A stretch of DNA of 41,785 nucleotides. It comes from a virus. Below, piece by piece: positions 19,218-26,611 of the stretch. Location: IMG/VR virus record IMGVR_UViG_3300045988_153314. The stretch is one strand, 5' to 3'. A program made the position numbers and the translations under genes. Within the stretch, counting starts at the first letter, position 1; every line of letters starts with the position of its first letter. The notes under the pieces were generated by a model. It was not told the origin of the DNA, ran no database searches, and worked only from the letters and a program-made list of their open reading frames with translations.

Positions 19218-19693
19218 AAACCGCCGTACTCGTTTTACTCGCGGTGCTGGCATTGGCCGGCTCCTATCTACTGGGCCGCCGAAGCGTGAAGCCGGAAATC
19301 GTCGAGATTCACCGGACGGATACGGTGGTCGTGCGCGACACGGTCCGGGAAACGGTTCTCGTTCCCGAAGTCCGATACTTGACCCGTGTCGATACGGTGC
19401 TGCTGAAGGTCCCGGGCGATGCGGTCAAGGTTCCTGTGTTGGTCCCGATTTCCCGGAAAGTATACGAAGGCGAGGATTACCGAGCCGTCGTGTCCGGGTT
19501 CCGCGCGTCGCTCGATACACTCGACATTTTCCGAAAAACGCAGACCGTGACGAATACGGTCGTCCAGCGGGTCGAGGTTCCCGGCAAGCCCAAGCGCTGG
19601 GGAATCGGCGTGAGCGCCGGGTATGCCCTCACGCCGCAGGGTATGAAACCGTACATCGGGTTGGGTGTGCAATACGATTTGATATCTTGGTAA
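19214..19693 (+). CDS. Signal-anchored lysis-associated protein (spanin-like candidate)
   Basis: N-terminal MKTAVLVLLAVLALAGSYLL. The C-terminus is a Gly/aromatic beta-like ..WGIGVSAGYALTP..YIGLGVQYDLISW ending in Trp. ATGA overlap with the endolysin stop. Confidence 0.4.
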   Translation: MKTAVLVLLAVLALAGSYLLGRRSVKPEIVEIHRTDTVVVRDTVRETVLVPEVRYLTRVDTVLLKVPGDAVKVPVLVPISRKVYEGEDYRAVVSGFRASLDTLDIFRKTQTVTNTVVQRVEVPGKPKRWGIGVSAGYALTPQGMKPYIGLGVQYDLISW

Positions 19694-19751
19694 ATATAAA
19701 TTTTACGGATTTTAGTTAAATTTACATCGTAAACGCAATAGTTTTTTTACA

Positions 19752-19784
19752 GTTGTTGACGTATAGTTGACGAATTTTTGAAAC
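19752..19784 (+). promoter_or_regulatory. Putative integrase arm-type sites (P arm): tandem GTTGACG
   Basis: GTTGTTGACGTATAGTTGACGAATTTTTGAAAC. The same tandem arrangement recurs at 20008-20041. Confidence 0.5.
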
Positions 19785-19839
19785 ATTGAAATTGTATATT
19801 GCTGTTGTATAGTAATTTTCATTGTTTTTACTATAAACT

Positions 19840-19880
19840 TCCCAAGCTGAGGGTCGCGGGTCCGAGTCCCGTTTTCCGCT
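19840..19880 (+). other. tRNA 3'-half-like segment (candidate attP core)
   Basis: T-arm GCGGG-TCCGAGT-CCCGT followed by an acceptor 3' strand TTTCCGC plus T. No matching 5' acceptor strand lies upstream, so this is a fragment and not a gene. Confidence 0.55.
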
Positions 19881-19889
19881 CTCCCGTTC

Positions 19890-19923
19890 AAAATGCCCGT
19901 AGACATTGATCTACGGGCATTTT
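19890..19923 (+). terminator. Strong hairpin directly after the tRNA-like segment
   Basis: AAAATGCCCGTAG-ACATTGAT-CTACGGGCATTTT: 13-bp perfect stem, followed by GCTTTTCC. Confidence 0.6.
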
Positions 19924-19993
19924 GCTTTTCCGTGTGAATTTGTTTTCTCAGTATTTCTTCCCTCCCCTTCCTCATTTTTCCTCATTATTTGAG

Positions 19994-20041
19994 TATATTT
20001 GAGGGTAATTGTTGACGGATAGTTGACGGAATATTTGAGGG
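19994..20041 (+). promoter_or_regulatory. int promoter -7 box (TATATTTG) and P' arm tandem GTTGACG sites
   Basis: TATATTTG at 19994-20001. ATTGTTGACGGATAGTTGACGGAATATTTGAGGG at 20008-20041 abuts the int ATG. Confidence 0.45.
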
Positions 20042-21313
20042 ATGGCTACATTCAAAGCAGTTGTGCAGGATAAGCGTAAAGACGGTACTTATCAAGTAAA
20101 AATCCGGATCACTCACAATCGGGTAGTTCGACGACTTGCCACGAACATTTTTGTACATTCCTCTGGAGTTACACGCGGTTTGAAAATAAAGGATCAGGAC
20201 GTAATCGATCAGGCGGACGAGTTGATTCGGAATTGTCGAAAGATATGTAATAATTTAGGGATAGCGCTTGATTCAATGTCTACCGACGATCTTGTTTCTC
20301 ACATTAAATTGAAACTGCAGGACGGCGGAGGTTGGCGACTCGATTTTATAGACTACACGACCAAATTAGCCTCGACAATGAGTCCGGGTACAGGCGGTCT
20401 ATACATTACTGCTATCCGGGCATTGAAGCGGTTTATTGGCCGGGAATCGCTCGATATATCCGAAATAAATTCTCGATTTTTGAAACAGTTCGAGGCTTTT
20501 TTGGAAGACGAGCCATCGCAACGCGGCAAGAAACGTAATCAGGGAAAGGGAGGCCGGGCCGTTTCTCTGTACATGGAACGATTGCGCGCGGCCTATAATC
20601 GTGCGAAAGACGAATTTAACGATGAGGATGCGGGAGTGATACGCATACCTTGGTCTCCTTTTAAGAAGTATAAGGTCAAGCCTGAACCCCTACCCCGTAA
20701 GCGCGCATTGTCGATTGAAGCAATGCAGGCGATTATTGACCTACCCGTTGCAGAGAAGGATAATATAACCGGAAATTTTAATCGGGTCGAATTGGCTCGC
20801 GATTGTTTTCTCCTGTCGTTCTGTTTAATCGGGATGAACGCCGTCGATTTGTTCGACTGCCCTCCGACAAAGGGCGACGAATTGATATATTACCGTCGCA
20901 AAACAGCCAGTCGCCGAGTTGACCGGGCCGAAATGCACGTCCGGATTCCTGACGTTATTCGCGGATTGGTGGAAAAATACTGCGATCAATCCGGAATGCG
21001 GCAATTTTGTTTCCACAGACATTATGCCGATCACCATAATTTCAACCGGGCGCTTAGCCGGGGGCTGGCTTCGATTGCGGAAAGGCTCGGAATTGAAAAC
21101 CTGACCTTTTACGCCGCACGCCACTCGTGGGCGACGTTCGCCCGTTCGGCTGCCGTCGGTATTGAAAAAGCGACGGTGCACGAGGCATTGAATCATGTGG
21201 ATCGAGATATGCGTGTGACAGACATCTATATCGACCGTGATTGGTCGGTCATTTGGTCGGCCAATGAAAAGGTGCTGGGCCTGTTCGACTGGAGAGCGAT
21301 GGGGGAAAAATAA
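20042..21313 (+). CDS. int: Tyrosine recombinase / phage integrase (Bacteroidetes type)
   Basis: N-terminal arm-binding-like MATFKAVVQDKRKDGTYQVKIRITH. Catalytic-region strings ..YAARHSWATFA.. and ..HEALNH....VTDIYI... Adjacent to the attP-like region. Confidence 0.85.
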   Translation: MATFKAVVQDKRKDGTYQVKIRITHNRVVRRLATNIFVHSSGVTRGLKIKDQDVIDQADELIRNCRKICNNLGIALDSMSTDDLVSHIKLKLQDGGGWRLDFIDYTTKLASTMSPGTGGLYITAIRALKRFIGRESLDISEINSRFLKQFEAFLEDEPSQRGKKRNQGKGGRAVSLYMERLRAAYNRAKDEFNDEDAGVIRIPWSPFKKYKVKPEPLPRKRALSIEAMQAIIDLPVAEKDNITGNFNRVELARDCFLLSFCLIGMNAVDLFDCPPTKGDELIYYRRKTASRRVDRAEMHVRIPDVIRGLVEKYCDQSGMRQFCFHRHYADHHNFNRALSRGLASIAERLGIENLTFYAARHSWATFARSAAVGIEKATVHEALNHVDRDMRVTDIYIDRDWSVIWSANEKVLGLFDWRAMGEK

Positions 21314-21336
21314 AGCCGTTCAAAATGAGCGGCTTT
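21312..21336. terminator. Stem-loop between convergent int and cargo genes
   Basis: AAAGCCGTTC-AAAAT-GAGCGGCTTT: 10-bp stem with one G-T pair. Confidence 0.5.
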
Positions 21337-21363
21337 ATTAACGAAACTTGTTTTTTTGAATTA

Positions 21364-21921
21364 TTATTCTATCGCAAAGGTCGATACAATGATTTCTTTC
21401 TCGTCTTTTTGATTGGGATTACTAACGGTTATCCCATATTCTCCTTTTGGTTTATCTTTAAGGGTTATTAAATATGACTGATTCCCGTATTTTTCAGCGG
21501 AAAAACGCAAATATTCTAATTTGTTGTTTTTCATGCTTCCAAATGTGCTCATTGAGGCGATCTCTGCCAAACGTTTGGTCTTTGTTACGTCGAAGCTGAA
21601 TATTTTAATGATTGAAAGGGGGTCGCTTTGGTTGTCTACTGCTTTTACGATCAATTTAATCTCATCTGTTGGTTTGAGTCTGACACTTGCAGATGGTGAT
21701 TCAATTACGATTTTTGTTTTAACTTTTCCTATGCCGGCAATAAGAGCGCCCGCATTGGCTCGTGTACGAGTTACAACCTGTTCTTTTTCAAGATTTGTTG
21801 TGTTTCCGTCGGGCAGTATGGCGACTACTTCACCTACAAATTCGGGTTCAGGGATTTCCTGTGCAAAAGTGTTGATACAAGTCAATGCCATCATGGTGGC
21901 AAAAATGAATAAAGCTTTCAT
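21364..21921 (-). CDS. Secreted protein of unknown function (185 aa)
   Basis: Signal peptide MKALFIFATMMALTCINTFAQ followed by a beta-rich mature part. AT-rich codon usage unlike the phage core. Confidence 0.6.
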   Translation of the reverse strand: MKALFIFATMMALTCINTFAQEIPEPEFVGEVVAILPDGNTTNLEKEQVVTRTRANAGALIAGIGKVKTKIVIESPSASVRLKPTDEIKLIVKAVDNQSDPLSIIKIFSFDVTKTKRLAEIASMSTFGSMKNNKLEYLRFSAEKYGNQSYLITLKDKPKGEYGITVSNPNQKDEKEIIVSTFAIE

Positions 21922-21948
21922 GAGTGCAATAAAGTTAGTAAATCAATT

Positions 21949-23025
21949 TTATGCTTGGTAATATTGAAGGGTTTGAACAATCTGATCCGCGTATTTGTAG
22001 ATATCATCGAGCGATTCAAGGGCGTGTTTCGTTCCTCTTTTTTCTGCGTCGAACGTTTCCAAATACTTATTGCTGCTGTTGAAATGCAGCCGACAGATAG
22101 GCTTACGATTGTTGTCATCGAGCAGAATACCGAAATAAGATTGCGTATCGCGGTGGGCGACGCGGTTAATGTCGTCGATTTTGTTGTAAAGAATCGCCCG
22201 TACAATGTAGAAGCCTTGCATTTCTTCTTCGGTTGTTACAATCTTGCTGTCTTCACATTCGCAAGTCGGATTTTCATCCGCAGACGTAGTCTGTACCTCT
22301 GCCGGAATCGAAACGTCCGGGGAAATGGCAGACTTTAAACGCTCGTTGACGTAATCGGTCATGTACTGTTTGAACGCCTGCTTGACAATTTCGCGGAATT
22401 GGTCGAAAATATCGTCATAGAACCGGCCCGGATAGACAGGCTTAGCAAAATACTTCACGAACTCGTCGCTCGGATTGCTTATTTCTTTGGCGATCGCGTT
22501 ACGAATCTCGTTCGTGTATTTCAACTCGCTGGCCGTGTTCAGTATTTTTTCAAGGTCGAAATAGCTTTTATGAAATTCCTTCAATTTCTCGATATGCGTG
22601 TCCCGCAAATCTTCCATGTTCAGTTCAAAGAACGGTTTCTCGTCCATTTTATTAGGTTCTACCAGATCGGTATAGAACCTATAAATGATACCGTTAGTCA
22701 GTAGGCCGAATTTGGCGTTAGATACATGGTAATATCGGAATAATTGGCCGTTATGACAGTCGAGACATTCGCGCCAATTCTTGCATTCTACCAAGATGAT
22801 TGGTTGTCCGTCTTTGTAAATCGCGTAGTCGATTTTCTCGCCTTTCTTGATTCCCAAGTCACAGGTGTATTCGGGGACGACTTCGGTCGGATCAAAAATG
22901 TCATATCCGAGGGCCTGAATAAAAGGTAGGATAAATGCAGTTTTGGTTGCTTCCTCGGTTCCGATGTTGTCTTTTAGTTTAGATATGCGATCACCCAAAA
23001 GTTTGATCTGATCTTTGAAATCCAT
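21949..23025 (-). CDS. HsdR-N-terminal-like PD-(D/E)xK nuclease-fold protein (358 aa)
   Basis: ..EEATKTAFILPFIQALGYD.. then ..KIDYAIYKDGQPIILVECK.. (D...E-x-K). This is the arrangement typical of the type I restriction enzyme R N-terminal (HSDR_N) domain. No helicase part is present. Confidence 0.55.
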   Translation of the reverse strand: MDFKDQIKLLGDRISKLKDNIGTEEATKTAFILPFIQALGYDIFDPTEVVPEYTCDLGIKKGEKIDYAIYKDGQPIILVECKNWRECLDCHNGQLFRYYHVSNAKFGLLTNGIIYRFYTDLVEPNKMDEKPFFELNMEDLRDTHIEKLKEFHKSYFDLEKILNTASELKYTNEIRNAIAKEISNPSDEFVKYFAKPVYPGRFYDDIFDQFREIVKQAFKQYMTDYVNERLKSAISPDVSIPAEVQTTSADENPTCECEDSKIVTTEEEMQGFYIVRAILYNKIDDINRVAHRDTQSYFGILLDDNNRKPICRLHFNSSNKYLETFDAEKRGTKHALESLDDIYKYADQIVQTLQYYQA

Positions 23026-23150
23026 ACATGGTAGTTTTAGGTTTGTTGGGTGAGTTTGTATGTGCTAAAGTATCAATATTCTAATCGAAATGCAATATTT
23101 TTCTGTCAAAATTCACCGGACGTTGGATGCTTTACTGTCATTAGATAAAT

Positions 23151-23588
23151 TTAATGATTCTTTCCCCTTGGGTACAAAAGAGGTTTGGCAGATATGATCT
23201 CGGTGTTTTCTTCGTTAACAGGTAAACTTATTGGAATGATAAATTTTAGCCTGTTAGTAGCTATATTGGTGACATTATTGCCGACATTACCATTTCCACT
23301 TATTGAATTGAGGACGCTGATTTTCATTCCTGCTCCTTTACTTCTTTCAGAAGTCATGGAAACCGTTAGATCAAATTCAATTTTTTGGACATTCCTATAA
23401 ACGTTCTCTCCTTCTCTTCCGAGAATAATTGTACCCGATGAATGTGTTGCGGGATTGATTAACGTGTCGCTCTCTTTTAATTTTGTTGAGGCATTTTTAA
23501 TGCCTTCTGTTATCTCGATAATTGTCTGGCAGACAAATTTTTCAAGACTTAAAGCGTTGGTTTCTAATTGATCATTGGTATCAGACAT
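23151..23588 (-). CDS. Small protein resembling a trypco2-type conflict-system domain (145 aa)
   Basis: N-terminal helix, then ..VQKIEFDLTVSMTSERSKGAGMKISVLN......NRLKFIIPISLP... This matches the beta-hairpin pattern I recall for trypsin-co-occurring domain 2. Recollection only. Confidence 0.35.
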   Translation of the reverse strand: MSDTNDQLETNALSLEKFVCQTIIEITEGIKNASTKLKESDTLINPATHSSGTIILGREGENVYRNVQKIEFDLTVSMTSERSKGAGMKISVLNSISGNGNVGNNVTNIATNRLKFIIPISLPVNEENTEIISAKPLLYPRGKNH

Positions 23589-23621
23589 AGGTCAGTTTTT
23601 TTGTTGTTTGTAGAAATAACT

Positions 23622-24267
23622 TTATAACTGCCTCCGATTGACCTTCCCTTTTACTAAAAATATTTTCAGTACATCATTGCGGGGGACTATCGTATCTCCT
23701 GCATATCGGGGATTTGTCGCTCGCAAAATGAACTTTTGGCGGTCGTCGGATAAGTAGACATTCTTGATTGTGCGAAGATTATCGCAATTCGCGTTCGTGA
23801 TAACCAAATAAGGCTCTCCCCAAAGCATCGAATCCACATTGGTTACCTCTTTAACCAATACAACCTCTCCGGCATAAAAATCGGGTTCCATACTTTCGCC
23901 GTACACGGGGAATGCTGCCGTGCAGTCGTTCAACGGCGGGAAGTTTATATAGTATTGGGGTATCTCCGGAGTGTCGCAGAATGCTTCGGTTATGGACGCA
24001 GTCACGTCGATGTCATAAAATGGGATATTCGCACCGCTATGAGGTTTGGGTGAACTTTCTGATTTCAACATCTTGCCCTCTCCGGTGAGAAGCCACTCTG
24101 TATTTAAGTCGGGATATTTCAAGGCAAATTCTTTGGAGTTTGTCTGGCTGTATGGATTTTCTGATAGATGCAATATAGGCACTTGACACTCCAATATCTC
24201 TTCCAAATGCAGATTTTGAGATTTTTTTGCTCTTAAGATATTCTGTAAGTCTCTCTTTTACAGGCAT
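23622..24267 (-). pseudogene. cI/LexA-like repressor (HTH + S24 peptidase) interrupted by a +1 frame change
   Basis: The HTH part, MPVKERLTEYLKSKKISKSAFGRDIGVSSAYIASIRKSIQPDKLQ, is in one frame. ..FALKYPDLNTEWLLTGEGKM...VYGESMEPDFYAGEVVLVK.. (S24 Ser/Lys) is in the +1 frame. The junction lies in CCAAAGAATTTGCC, about 24126-24140 on the + strand. Confidence 0.7.
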
Positions 24268-24335
24268 ATTTACGATAAATTTAAATTTTGCACAGAAAAC
24301 GCCTTGAATTATTTGCTTATTTAAAGGCATTGCCT

Positions 24336-24417
24336 TATATTTGCAATGTGTTTAATCGACACCAGCAAATGTATGCCGAATTAAACTTACTGTAAATAGC
24401 AAATATACACTATTTGC
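24336..24417. promoter_or_regulatory. Immunity switch region: two opposed TATATTTG -7 boxes and a GCAAATA-N5-TATTTGC palindrome
   Basis: TATATTTG on the + strand at 24336-24343 and on the - strand at 24400-24407. Perfect palindrome at 24399-24417. The TATTTGC/GCAAATA heptamer occurs five times in 24308-24417. Confidence 0.45.
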
Positions 24418-24451
24418 GGGAAAAGTAAAGGAATTTTCAAACGCAGATGAT

Positions 24452-24664
24452 ATGATTAACGCTTTCAGAAAGGGGCTTGGCGACACACAAGCAAGATTTC
24501 AGGTGATGATCCGAAAAGAGATCATGGCCGCATTGCGGATCAAGAGCCGCTATCAATGGTATAACCGCCGTGATGGTAAGGTAGACCACACTCCGGCCGA
24601 ACGGGCGGCAATCGAGGCAGTATTTGCCAAATATGACGTTACCTCCCCTTGGGGATATGAATAG
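24452..24664 (+). CDS. Hypothetical early protein (70 aa; Cro-position)
   Basis: First rightward ORF after the switch region. No motif recognised. Confidence 0.5.
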   Translation: MINAFRKGLGDTQARFQVMIRKEIMAALRIKSRYQWYNRRDGKVDHTPAERAAIEAVFAKYDVTSPWGYE

Positions 24665-24669
24665 CAGCC

Positions 24670-25017
24670 ATGAACGTAGATGCGAAACTCACCGCCGAGG
24701 AGAACCGGGTCGTTCAGTTTGTTGCGTGGGGATGTCCTTATAAGATCATCGCCGACAGACTTTGCAAATCGGTACACACGGTTACGAATCAGATTCGGAG
24801 TGCATGTGAGAAGATCGGCATAACGCCGGGCGAGCTCCCTGCGTGGTGGTTTTGCACCCGCTTTGGGATCAGCTTCGATCTGTCGCCGATCAGGCGCAAG
24901 GCAGGAACGATCATGCTGCTGATACTGTTCTGCTCCCAGATCGGGAACTGCGATTCGATAGCCCGGCGGGTACGCCGAGGCCGGAGAAATGAAACGGAGT
25001 ATATAGCGGAGTTTTGA
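24670..25017 (+). CDS. LuxR/GerE-type HTH protein with hydrophobic C-terminal segment
   Basis: LTAEENRVVQFVAWGCPYKIIADRLCKSVHTVTNQIRSACEKIG fits the GerE HTH. It is followed by GTIMLLILFCSQIG. Confidence 0.6.
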   Translation: MNVDAKLTAEENRVVQFVAWGCPYKIIADRLCKSVHTVTNQIRSACEKIGITPGELPAWWFCTRFGISFDLSPIRRKAGTIMLLILFCSQIGNCDSIARRVRRGRRNETEYIAEF

Positions 25018-25020
25018 ATT

Positions 25021-25290
25021 ATGGACCTCTTTACTTTAAAACAGCACATTATGGAAGTTGCAGAGTTAGGTGCTGCGGCGACTGTGAAATTGCAAAAGCC
25101 TCTTTCGGACGAAATGACGCGCCGTCAGGCTTATGAATTTGCCGGGGAGGGTTGGATTGATCGACATACTGCTGCGGGGAATCTGCATCCGGTTCGTAAA
25201 GGCAATAAATCTACCTCTCCTATCATTTACAGCCGACTCGAAATTCTCGCTTTAAAACAGGCTGAAAAGTTAGGTCCCACGATCTTATGA
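25021..25290 (+). CDS. Hypothetical protein (89 aa; possible excisionase-like DNA binder)
   Basis: Small basic ORF in the early operon. The functional guess is weak. Confidence 0.4.
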   Translation: MDLFTLKQHIMEVAELGAAATVKLQKPLSDEMTRRQAYEFAGEGWIDRHTAAGNLHPVRKGNKSTSPIIYSRLEILALKQAEKLGPTIL

Positions 25291-25508
25291 TTTTGACGTT
25301 TCCCGCGCTTTTTCTGGCCGTGTTCGGTTACAGCGCGATTCGAGAATATAAAGACAAAAATGCCATGAACGACGAGATCCAATTACACGACGGTCCGCAA
25401 AGCGAGGCCCAGAAAAACAAGGAGCGTATAGCGCTGCTCAAGCTGGCAGAACAGTATCCGAAAGGCTCCGCCAGCGAGCAAACATTAATAGACCAAGCGA
25501 GTAAATAG
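25287..25508 (+). CDS. Small membrane-anchored protein (73 aa)
   Basis: N-terminal hydrophobic MILTFPALFLAVFGYSAI. ATGA overlap with the upstream stop. Confidence 0.5.
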   Translation: MILTFPALFLAVFGYSAIREYKDKNAMNDEIQLHDGPQSEAQKNKERIALLKLAEQYPKGSASEQTLIDQASK

Positions 25509-25559
25509 ACAGGAAATTCCAACAGATCGGGTATCCTACCCCATATTCAATTTAAGGAA

Positions 25560-25706
25560 ATGAAAATAAAACGCTTTCACTTGAGTAAAAGAGCGGCACA
25601 CGAGTATATCCGCAACTTGGGTTATCGTGGTCGTGGTTTGGAGGTTTTCAAAGTCTCCAATGGCAAATTTTGGGTAGGTACTTTCATGGAATGGCTGAAC
25701 AGATGA
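25560..25706 (+). CDS. Small ORF (48 aa) below the ORF-track cutoff
   Basis: ATG..TGA read by hand: MKIKRFHLSKRAAHEYIRNLGYRGRGLEVFKVSNGKFWVGTFMEWLNR. Its stop overlaps the next ATG (ATGA), which suggests translational coupling. Confidence 0.4.
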   Translation: MKIKRFHLSKRAAHEYIRNLGYRGRGLEVFKVSNGKFWVGTFMEWLNR

Positions 25707-25975
25707 TACGTCTGACAAACGAAGATTACTACCAGTTAGCGATGCTGGTCGAGGACAAATCATGTGAGCATCGGGGAGACTTCTGCGATAAGATCGAATA
25801 CGACACGGACAGATTTCACAGCGATCTGAATATATCCGTGATGATTTACGAAAGCCGCTTCGAGGACCCTAAACTGTTCATCGTCTCGGCCGATTTGAAA
25901 ACCTACTTGCCCGACGGAGAGGTCGCCAACGACTTCGACCTGACGAGGCTCAAGAACGATCCCTACCTGTCGTAG
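25703..25975 (+). CDS. Hypothetical protein (90 aa)
   Basis: ORF-track ORF 25670-25975. Start moved to the ATG that overlaps the upstream small-ORF stop. Confidence 0.5.
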   Translation: MIRLTNEDYYQLAMLVEDKSCEHRGDFCDKIEYDTDRFHSDLNISVMIYESRFEDPKLFIVSADLKTYLPDGEVANDFDLTRLKNDPYLS

Positions 25976-26053
25976 GTTGTTAGGTTAGTTTTAGGTTGAT
26001 TCACCCCCTCCGCATCCGCGACGGCCCCGGAGGGTTTTTAAGAAATCGAGCTT

Positions 26054-26341
26054 ATGTCACATTCACAGCCATACGGACCACAGGAAAGAATCAAGGCGGC
26101 CTTTCTGGCCGGCATTCGCATGACGACAGCACAGGCGAACCGCCTCGGGCAAACGAGCGATTCCCGCAAGGTCATATCCCGCTTAATCAAGCAGGGTATG
26201 CCTATCGAATACTACTGGAATATCCGCAAGGACGACAGCGGCCGGACAGTGGCGAAATACAAGACATACTATTACGGATCGCCTCTGCCCGCCAAAGGGT
26301 CGAAAATGGGGACTTTCGATCATCCGAAATTGGATTTGTAA
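26054..26341 (+). CDS. Winged-helix/HTH protein (HTH_39-like)
   Basis: ..MTTAQANRLGQTSDSRKVISRLIKQGMPIE.. pattern. The overlapping 25996-26373 frame looks non-coding. Confidence 0.5.
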   Translation: MSHSQPYGPQERIKAAFLAGIRMTTAQANRLGQTSDSRKVISRLIKQGMPIEYYWNIRKDDSGRTVAKYKTYYYGSPLPAKGSKMGTFDHPKLDL

Positions 26342-26356
26342 CTCAAAATATGAATT

Positions 26357-26581
26357 ATGGAAATAATCACTAAGCGCCCTAAAGGCATGCCTTACCGGAA
26401 ATACGTTGAAATGCGTAAGGCCAGTAACAATCAGATTCGTCGCTATCTGAGATTCGGTCGATTGTATTACCTGTCGGCAGAGATAGTCACGGTCGAAACC
26501 CCGTTGGGCAAATCGCAACATCGCAAAAGTTATCCGCCATTCGTCGGTTCGGTCCGGCGAGACTTGCGGAAGCCGATTTAA
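26357..26581 (+). CDS. Hypothetical basic protein (74 aa)
   Basis: ORF in the early operon. No motif recognised. Confidence 0.45.
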   Translation: MEIITKRPKGMPYRKYVEMRKASNNQIRRYLRFGRLYYLSAEIVTVETPLGKSQHRKSYPPFVGSVRRDLRKPI

Positions 26582-26611
26582 TAAGCTGGATTTGTGACAG
26601 ACTAATTCTGA

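Noticed and set aside
19800-19885. Possible complete tRNA gene
   Set aside because: Only the T-arm and 3' acceptor strand are recognisable. The complementary 5' acceptor strand (GCGGAAA) and D-arm are absent upstream. The T-loop has C at the U55 position and no CCA follows. I treat it as a fragment and candidate attP core.
19712-19975. 87-aa - strand ORF across the int-proximal region
   Set aside because: It spans the tRNA-like segment, the 13-bp hairpin and AT-rich repeats. The region is better explained as non-coding attP.
25996-26373. 125-aa ORF overlapping the 26054-26341 HTH gene in another frame
   Set aside because: Arg/Gly/Pro-rich translation with no structure-like pattern. The 26054 frame gives a coherent winged-helix-like protein.
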